A DNA stretch of 64,000 bases from Octopus vulgaris (taxonomy: Eukaryota). The stretch is from the NCBI GenBank assembly GCA_951406725.2, contig OX597823.1:58280001-58344000 (forward strand), in the 5' to 3' direction. How positions within the stretch are numbered: the first letter of the stretch is position 1; each line of letters begins with the position of its first letter. Position numbers and translations under genes: made by a program. The notes beneath the pieces were generated by a model. That model ran no database searches, was not told where the DNA came from, and saw nothing but the letters and a program-made list of their open reading frames with translations. Positions 54,690 to 64,000 of this stretch are shown here, one piece after another.

Positions 54690-55449
54690 TATATGTTAGT
54701 ATAAATGTGCGTGTGTGCACGTAGAATCATACTCTGGGATACATGGATACATACACATTCATACATACACACAAGTATACATATATACATATACACACGC
54801 ACACAAACACATATATATAGAGAGAGAGAGTGAGAAAAAGAGCGAAAGATGTACATATATATACATATTTTTGTATGTATGTACGTATATACAATCATAT
54901 AGGTATATATGCATGCATATATATTTACATACACAAGTACAGATATGTACATTCTTAAATATATACCTAGCCAGTTACAAACAAAAAAAAATAGATAAAT
55001 CTATTTACCGGACAATCAAAGAAAACCACTATTTTCCTCCATAATCTGATTCCACAAGACTAATCTGCAAAACCGCCATTGATATCCAATATAGTTTAGA
55101 AAATTTTAGCAGCAACCGGAGTTTCCATTCCATTCCTAAAGAATCTTTCTCGGGTGACTTTAACCTTACTGACCAGTAGACTGAACTCGTTTGTGAAGAC
55201 ACTTGCGTCAATCATCATAACAAAGTCTCTTCCAAGTTTTATCATTCCAGATCACCCCACTCCGCGCAAATCAAGATCTCTTTGCATCTACCATTCTTGC
55301 TATTTCCCCGTCGTTCTGTAACTCTTATTTTTACTTTCACTTTCGCTTTTGCTATTTCCTCTATTCATTCAACGCTCCAAGTCTGATTTCTATTTTCACG
55401 ACAGGGGAGGTAGTGGTGATTGTCGTAGATTGCGTTTTGCCTATCATTC

Positions 55450-55582
55450 TTCATATCATCATCATCATCATCATCATCATCATCGTAATCGTCGTCGTCG
55501 TCGTAATCGTCATCATCATCTTCATCATCATCATCCTCCTCCTCCTCCTCCTCCTCCTCCTCCTCATCATCATCATCATCCT

Positions 55583-55613
<31 letters not shown>

Positions 55614-56200
55614 ATCAGCATTATCATCATCTTCATCATCATCATCACCATCAGCAGCAGCATCATCATCATCAGGTTATTATTATTGATGTTACATTTC
55701 TCGTTTATTTGATAAATTTTTTCCTACTCCTTTAAAGCTCAAAATATCAATAGCACAAATAATAAGTGCAGAAACAACAACAACAACAAAAACAACATGA
55801 ACAATAACAACGACGACAACAGCAACAACACATAGAAGACCAATCAAAAACAACGACCACGATAACCACAAAGCCGACGACAATGATAACTGTGATGACA
55901 GCGACGACGAACGCAGACGATGATAAAATGAAGCGATGCAGCATGGGGTGTTCACTGAGGAGGAGGAGAAAGAGGAGGAGGAGGAAGAGGAGGTGAAACT
56001 GATGATATAAATGTGATGATGTTGATGATTATCTTCAGTGACTATAGTAATATTGACCATAGTATATCGATAACGAAAATAATAGACTTTGTCCATCGTA
56101 TTGAAATATGTTGTCGTTATTATTATTGTTGTTATTGCTGTTTTAGTCGGCGATGTTCTTGATGCTTCTGTTGTTGCTGTTGCTGCTGTTATTTCATTTA
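55450..56200. repeat. Compound trinucleotide low-complexity region (CAT/CCT/CAG/AAC/GAG)n
   Basis: Direct reading. Confidence 0.85.
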
Positions 56201-56488
56201 TCTGAGCCCTCGACTTCACTTGCTCCGGCTAATCCCGTACGAGCGGATAACAATCTGATGTCATACTTAACACCCAAGTACCACTTACAAATTCCTCACC
56301 CTCGCCAGTAGAACTGTTTTCTGGGCATGTTCTATACTCCTGTAAATCTCAGTCTCTCCTACAAATTTCTCAAACTAGATTGTTAATGTTCCTACAATTA
56401 TACGAATGACAGCTACTTTCTTCTTCTTCTTCTTCTTCTTCTTCTTCTTCTTCTTCTTCTTCTTCTTCTTCTTCTTCTTCTTCGTTAA

Positions 56489-56635
<147 letters not shown>

Positions 56636-58330
56636 ACGTTTGTTAGTTTCATGCAGATTTCTACTGTCGATTTCTACTGCTGGTCTGTGTGCAGCATTGT
56701 ATGCTCTTTTTTTTTTTTTTGTTGGGGGAGTGCAAACTCTTCTCAGTATTGTATTGCGTCAGTTTCTGTTGTTATGGTGTCTGGTTGCAGTCTTTTGATA
56801 TATTAGTGTTTGTACTATGTGTTGTGTGTGAAATCCGAGTTGTGTTCTTCATTCGGATAATTAGCCTGCTTGTTGTTGTTTATTTTATTGGATATTCCCT
56901 GTATAGAGTGTGTCTTGTGTTTCTGGATTGTTTTGGTTTGATTATATCATTGAATTAATAGTGCCTTGCGTAGGCTGTGGGCTTTTCCTAGTGGATAGTG
57001 TGTTGTGTTGAGGGTCCAGTAATAGCTTCTATGTTTTCCATGTCTTTTTTATATATCATGCCCAATGCTCCAATTATTCTTTGTATTGCTTTAATCTTCA
57101 TGCCCTACATCTTGAATACTTCAATTTCGAGGTTCTATGTAGTTTGACAATTTCTCCTTTTTTTGTGGGGGCAATATTTTGGTCAGAAAGGACTGCAATG
57201 TCTATCAGTAAGCAGGATTTTTTTTTCAAATCCTTGATTATTATGTCTGGGCGATTAGCTTTTATTTCGTTTTCAGTCTGAACAGGCATATCCCAGATGG
57301 TTGTGACCTAGTCGTTGTCATGTACCTCGTTTGGCACATTTTTATACCATTTCTTGTCAGCTTTTATGTTGTAGATTTGGCATATTGCCAGTGGATATAA
57401 CAAATTACTCTGTTATGTCTGCATATATATTCAGATTTGGCAAGGACTGGACAGCCAGAGATGGTGTGGTCAACTGTCTCATTGTGCTGATTGCACATTC
57501 TGCATTTAGTGCTAAGGCCTCTTTCCCTGATTTTGCTTTTATAGTTGTTTGTAGTCAGGCCTTGATCTTGTGCAGCGAGAATCGTTCCTTCCGTTTCAGC
57601 TTTTAGTTCAGAGCTTTTGAGTCATTGTTGGCCTTTACTTAGGTTCACTTCCTCTCTGTCAAACCTTGCAGAGTATTGGTCATGGAGAGATTTTTCTCTC
57701 CATTTCTTCATTAGTGTCTTTTGCAGTTCTGTTTTCATGTTGCCTTATCTCTTTGATCATTTCTGCTATGTTGTCATCTGAGGTCAGTGTATCAGCGTAG
57801 TTTGTTTCTGTTTTGTATTTTGTTGCCGCCTTGTGTATAGAGAAAAGCGTTTTCTTTTCCTCGTGTTGCTTTATCATATGTAGTCTTCCACTTTTTGATT
57901 CTAAGTTCTTTTCTAGTCCAACTGTTGTTATTTTATAGTCCTCTATCTGTGTCAGGCCACGGCCTCCTTCTGAGCGGGGTAGATATATTCTTTATGCGTG
58001 TGCTTTGAGGAGGTAACTTCAGTATGCTGTAAATAGTTTTCTGGTTTTTCTATCTAAGTTTCTCAATTCACTGATATTCCAGTTTATTACATTGAAGCTG
58101 TAATTTATGACTGGTATGGCTAATATCTTATTTTTAACATTAAGCTCAGTGTTTAATATTAGGCTAACTCTTCTAACTTTCTCTTTAATTTCTGAGTTGT
58201 ATTTTAGCTGTGTCGGCTATTCCTAAATATTTTATACGGGCGATTGTGGTCTAATGGTCTGATGCCTGCATCTATGTCAAGTGCAAAGTGTTCAGTGCTG
58301 ATTAATTTGTCTCTTCTCAGTGTCATCAGA
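56636..58330 (-). mobile_element. R4/Dong-type RLE non-LTR retrotransposon, 5'-truncated, ending in (TAA)n
   Basis: Minus strand AIPVINYSFNVINW, GGRGL, WDMPVQTENEIKANRPDIIIKDLKKKSCLLIDIAV (PD..D RLE), IIIGALG; the 3' UTR abuts (TTA)n at 56488-56633. Confidence 0.88.
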
Positions 58331-58541
58331 AAGTTATGTATTAGAGTTAATCGTGGTTTCATATAAAGCCAATGCTAATACGTTGTAGTCCGACGTTGGC
58401 TTACCTGCCCGAACCTTCGAAGTCACTGTCAACGATATTCTTATTTAAGAATGAACGTGTACTCTACAAAAGGATAGTGTAACCACTCAGATTATTGTAG
58501 AATTGCTTTTCTTTTTATAACAGTACAGAAAAGCAAATATA

Positions 58542-58609
<68 letters not shown>

Positions 58610-59194
58610 GTATATATATATATATGCATATATATGTATATATATATATATATATATATAAATATATATATACATATATATCCGTACATACATCCATACG
58701 TGCATAAATACGTAGACAAAGCATAATCAATAACGTACATACGCAAATATCCGCATACACAGATATTAATAGAGATTGCTTTTGTCTGGTGAGCTAAACA
58801 TGAGTATATGTCTTGTACTACTGTACATTATGTAGAACAACCAATCTCAACGCTGTTTGCAGATTTTTTCCAGATATTATTGTGGGGAAAATATTGTTGG
58901 TAGTGATCTCGATGTACTTATAAGATGTTTCTAGAGTATGTCTCCTCATTGAACTATACCTAAGCATTGCAAAACAATGCAATGTATGTGCGTGTGTGTG
59001 TATGTGTGTGTATGTGTGTGTGTAAGTATATATGTATAACTACGAACATACATACATATATATATATATATGAATGCATGGATAAGTTTTTCTTTATATG
59101 CACAGGTATTTATGCGATTATGTATGTGTGTATGTTTGTATGCGTCTAATGATTTTCGAATGCATTTCCGTCTCGATGACATTATGTATACAGC

Positions 59195-59286
<92 letters not shown>

Positions 59287-59499
59287 TATATATATATTAT
59301 ATATATAATATAAATATTGTCTATAGACAGTTACCTGTGATACAGAATGTATATGATGTATACATATATATACATGTATACATGCATATATATGTATGTG
59401 TGTATGTATGTGTATATATATATATCATAAAGATATTTTTCATACTCACGCACTTGCATACATAATCACATAGACTCACAGATATATAAATACATGTGA

Positions 59500-59530
<31 letters not shown>

Positions 59531-60119
59531 CTTACAAACGTGCGCACACACACACACACGCACACACTTCTTTCGTAATATTTGAGGCTGTGTTGCTATC
59601 AAGAAACCATAAGGAATTGAAGAACCTGAATAGCTAAAGAATACAACTATTACTACTCTCACACCACTCTCTCTCTCTTAAGTTACCGTTCGAATTATTA
59701 CTATTGACAACAGACCAGATATGCGATACGCACTACAAGAAACATTACCAAATTATATACATACATACATTTATATATATATATATTCACGCAAGTATGT
59801 GTGTAATAAGGAGCAGTAGCAATCAATGAGCGATTATAGAAAAAAATTATAAGACTGTCTAAGAAAAGTGTATAGAGAAGAGGAATGGATTAGATCGCTT
59901 TGTCCAGTAAAGAACATTGCTTGGATCTCTATGGAACTAATAGCTGTTCGCTTTCGTCATATGTAACACACACACACACACACGCATATACAAGCACGCA
60001 TACTCATACACACACGTTTATCTGTATAAATATGTATGTATACAACGTCTATATGCATGCATATATATATATGTGTGTGTGTGTGTATTTTTGAGTGTGT
60101 AGCCATATGTACATGTGTG

Positions 60120-60151
<32 letters not shown>

Positions 60152-61114
60152 CAACAATGTATGTATGCATGCATGCATGTATGTATTCATGCTTGTATGT
60201 ATGTATTTATGTATGAATGTATGTATGTATACATTTACATATGTATATATTTCGGATCAATTCGCGAAGGAATGTAAGGCTAATCCCAGAATGGCCCTTT
60301 GCAGCTTGACAAAATAGTTTGATAAAAGAACTTTTTTCATATATAATTACATGACATGCACAGAAGAATATTCATATTGATTATTTTTTTCGTTTATATT
60401 TCTTCATTTTATTCTTGTAACTATGGAATATGGAAGGAATTATTTTCCGTTATCCTAATGAAAGTGAAGATGAGATGAAAAATGGAAAAAAATCAGTAAA
60501 ATGCACTCACACGCACCCGCACGCGTACACGCACACGCACGCATATATGTATGTATCTATGCATCTATATGTATGCTTATATACGTTCATACCTGCATAC
60601 ATGCATACATTTGTGTATGCTTTTGTGTATGCTTACATATTCTATAAGTTTGGAGAGAAAAATAGATGGTAAATTATAGATAGAAGTGAAGTATCTATAA
60701 AAATATATATATGAATAAATAATCGATGCATATCAAAACGTTAAATTAATGGTAAGTAGCATGGTTTCTTTTTTTTCTTTTTTTCCTCTTTTTTATTTGT
60801 GAAAGACGGAAAACCAAAACGGTACGCAAAGAAATTTAATGCTTCTTTGCATCGGGTTTTTGAAAATACCAAAATGAATGGATAATAGATGTAAAACAAA
60901 AATATGTGAGGTAAAGTCAAGCATTTCAAGAGGGTTCGATCTTACTTTGTAGGAACAATGTGAAGTTTGGCAAACGCTAATAAATTGGTTTTTAGCAATC
61001 ACATATAAGCAAAGTAACAGGAAAATACCAAGGACGTTAAATTCGTTCTAATTTTAGCGATCGGTTTGAAATTATAAGGAAAAAAGAAAGTCGATTGCAT
61101 CGACTCCGGTGTTG

Positions 61115-61265
61115 TCACATTTTATGTCACGTTGAATCTCCTTAAGAACTACGTTAAAGATATACATATCTGTGGAGTGCTCAGCCATTTGCTCGTTAAC
61201 TTCACGAGCAGGCTGTTCCATTGATCGGATCAAGTGGAACACACGTTATCGTAAGCGACGAAGTG
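61115..61265 (+). mobile_element. SINE family C 3' fragment
   Basis: tctgtggagtgctcagcca...ttcacgagcaggctgttcc matches 5310-5410. Confidence 0.85.
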
Positions 61266-61314
61266 TCAGTTAGTTAGATGCATTCTGGAGACAATACTGG
61301 TATAATCTCCTATA

Positions 61315-61518
61315 AGGCGGCAAGATGGCAGAATCGTTAGCACGCTTGGCGGCATTTCGTCCGTCTTTACGCTCTGCGTTCAAATTCTACTGAGATCGAC
61401 TTTATCTTTCATCATTCAGACGTCGATAAAATAAAAACCAGTTTATCACCAGCATCGGTGTAATCGACTTGCCCCCCTTCCCTGAAATTGCTAGCCTTGT
61501 GCCAAAATGTGAAACCAA
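61315..61518 (+). mobile_element. SINE family B copy
   Basis: aggcggcaagatggcagaatcgttagcacg...gttcaaattc...gtcgataaaat...gccttgtgccaaaa. Confidence 0.85.
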
Positions 61519-61651
61519 TGGTAGCATAATCCCCGATAGACTTAATAAATTGTTTGTACGCTACACTAGCATAGATGTTTGTATTAGCTAGTTAAATATG
61601 GTATCGATAACGTATTTACTATCCTTACGTTTATACACTGATACATGTGAA

Positions 61652-61870
61652 AGCCCGTGGTCTAGTGACTAGGATGTTTCACCCTCGATCGCAAGACTGT
61701 GATCCCGATTCCCAGACAAAATATTGCATTGTGTTCTTGAGCAAAACACTTCGTTTCACGTTTCTCCAATCCACTCATCTGTAAATGAATAACCCTGCAA
61801 TGGACTGGCATTCCTTCCAGAGTGACTGTTGTGTACTCGGTCACTTTCACGCCGTAGAAACCACGTAAGC
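61652..61870 (+). mobile_element. SINE family D-like copy
   Basis: gtggtctagtg...cgattcccagac...tgtgttcttgagcaaaacacttc...tccactcatctgtaaatg. Confidence 0.65.
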
Positions 61871-61989
61871 TTGAGATTTGACACAGTAACGCTCAAGGGA
61901 CTTTGTTTAGTTTACTACTATCCTCTGTTTTACTGTCTGCATTACGTATCATTTATGTGTTGTGAACGCTGTGGAACAATGTAATTCAT

Positions 61990-62830
61990 CATAGTCCTTT
62001 GCCTTCAGTATAAATGGTATATCTTATTTTGTTGAATATCATGGCTAACTCTATTTAGCTGTCTCGTATTTACTAGTAAGATAACGATGAATTTGATAGA
62101 TACTGCAGTAAATCTGTTGTTGTGGAGTTTTGGTCTCTTGACGAGTGATATGCTGTCGGAATATTTGTATAGGTGCATCACAAGAGTTTTAAGAGGATGT
62201 GTGCATGATGTCATCTATTTATAAGGTTCCGTGTATATTTGGAAGGAAGAGTAAAAACGATGTTGCAGTAAAACATGAAATGAAGAGGCGGAAAAATGAA
62301 TCCTTGTGTTACTCTATTGAGAAGTTTCAGACTTTTTTTGGATGCACCTATTTTATCTGCACATTACAGTCATTTTTTCTTTTTATCATTACCCAATATT
62401 ACTTCGAGTCTTTTGATAAGTCTCTGGTCAACTTGCTTGTCTTCCTGACAGTCCTGCAGCTTCAAGCATTTAAAGAATTATACTCGTGTCGCAGAATCGT
62501 TTGCTCCTATCAGATATGATATGAATGTGTTTTTTGCACTCTTTCTTCCTCAAGCATGACCCATTTCTCAGGATCCTTGAACCGCAAGCAGATGGTGAAA
62601 CTTACATTGCGATAAGTAGAGTGCCATGCGTTTTTTCTTAAGGAGATGCTCAGTATTTTGTGTATAAGTAGAAAGCACACGATGAAGTCTAATGCTTCGC
62701 TGGAATCGATGTTAATTATAATGGTGCATAGGAGATTTTTGTTGTTGATATTCTCGTTGTTGATGTTGAGTTTGAAGTCGTCATTCATTGTCTTCTTTTG
62801 GAAGCTTAGTAAATAGCGCACTAGCTGAAT
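61990..62830 (-). mobile_element. Very degraded LINE RT remnant
   Basis: CTIIINIDSSEALDFI resembles the RT motif (T.LVAIDISKAFD.V); little else is retained. Confidence 0.35.
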
Positions 62831-63861
62831 GTAGTTGCCCGAATCTCGTAATTTAAAGAGGAGAAAAAAATGAATAGCATGTGTAGCCTATTTGTATTGT
62901 TATTGTTGTGTAAGCCTCTGGTCACACCTGATCAGGCAGACCTATGACGATAGAAGAGTAGACTTGAATAGTGATAACTACTGAATATAAAATGGAACAA
63001 CGACAACAAAAATTACACACACAAACACACAAAATCTTGTAAATTTGCGTTTAAAAATAAAGCAGACCGTGATATCGGAACATTTGATGCGGTATTTTAC
63101 TAACTCATTTAGTGGGTTGTTGACAGTTTTATTGACTACGCTATAACCAGCAACCTATTCAACGAGCGTAATTTGGTGTAATAATGCAGCTTCACCCTCT
63201 CTCTTTCTCTATTTCTCTCTCTCTCCACCTCCAGCATCGTTCCACCCCTCATCCGCCTCCATCACGTTTGTGTTGATCACATTTCACCTATCACTCACTG
63301 CTTCTAGTCAATATTTCCTGCTTAACCATTTCCTTTGTAGCATTAGACATATAATTGAATCATGGACAACATTATGTTGCATTAATCATTACAAGACATG
63401 GTTATTATTCCACCATAGTTCATTAAGCACTTCGTTGGATTAATTTAGTAATAAAGTCGGAAGCCTCATTACACTGATTTAATTAATGAAGTTCATTCTC
63501 TGCCATATCGTAGTGGTTTCATGCTAAGCTAAAACATTGTGTTTCTCTTGTTCCATGGCGCAACTTACATAAAAGAGGGCATTGGATTTCATAGCGAACC
63601 TAGAATTTACAAAGTAATCTGTTTGGGATAGGTGTTACCTTAAATAACCCCCATTCTAAGTAAGGTCATGGTTATGTTTAATACAGCAGCAAATAATGAA
63701 ATAAGATAAAGGGTGATGAATTCTAATGTGGCGGTGTTGATAGACTGGTAGTGACGAGCAATAATCGACGGGTAGGCAATTATACATAGGGCTTTCAGCG
63801 TGCGCACGAGTGTGTGTAAAAGAGAGAGAGAGACAGAGAAAGAGAGAGGATTGTCGCATGT

Positions 63862-64000
63862 TTACTCTTTTACTTGTTTCAGTCATGTGGCTGTGACCAT
63901 GCTGGAGCATTGCCTTTACTGGACCAAATCGACCCCAGGACTTATTCTTTGTAAACCCAGTACTAATTCTATCGGTCTCTTTTGCCGAACCGCTAAGTTA
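63862..64000 (-). mobile_element. SINE family A 3' end (runs off the window)
   Basis: tactcttttacttgtttcagtcat...atcgaccccaggacttattctttgtaa...gccgaaccgctaagtta. Confidence 0.9.

Noticed and set aside
55349-55735. His/Pro/Gln-rich ORF resembling a transcription-factor low-complexity region
   Set aside because: Pure CAT/CCT/CAG repeat, open in several frames, with no flanking domain.

Overview
AT-rich, microsatellite-saturated animal genomic DNA. It is most consistent with an octopus/coleoid cephalopod (inferred from the SINE families and repeat landscape, not proven). I can support no host protein-coding exon; almost all ORF-track entries are translations of (TA)n, (CA)n, (TATG)n, (TAGA)n or trinucleotide repeats. 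The identifiable content is transposable elements: a 5'-truncated, disrupted Tx1/L1-clade LINE (8139-11892) between (ATT)n tracts; two R4/Dong-type RLE LINE remnants; an old CR1/L2-like LINE; Penelope-like element (PLE) remnants; three or four Helitrons; mariner and DD37D (maT) transposons; a hAT-like transposon and MITE; a probable solo LTR; and about 25 tRNA-derived SINE copies from at least four families. The most notable signal is a set of about ten minimal type-I hammerhead-ribozyme folds, mostly beside (TA)n tracts. Several have non-canonical cores (UUGAAAA with U3-A8 covariation; CCGACGA). Three loci hold two hammerheads in fold-back arrangement, and one locus has a tRNA-like Pol III promoter upstream of the ribozyme. 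All folds were read by eye. Coordinates of degraded elements are approximate.
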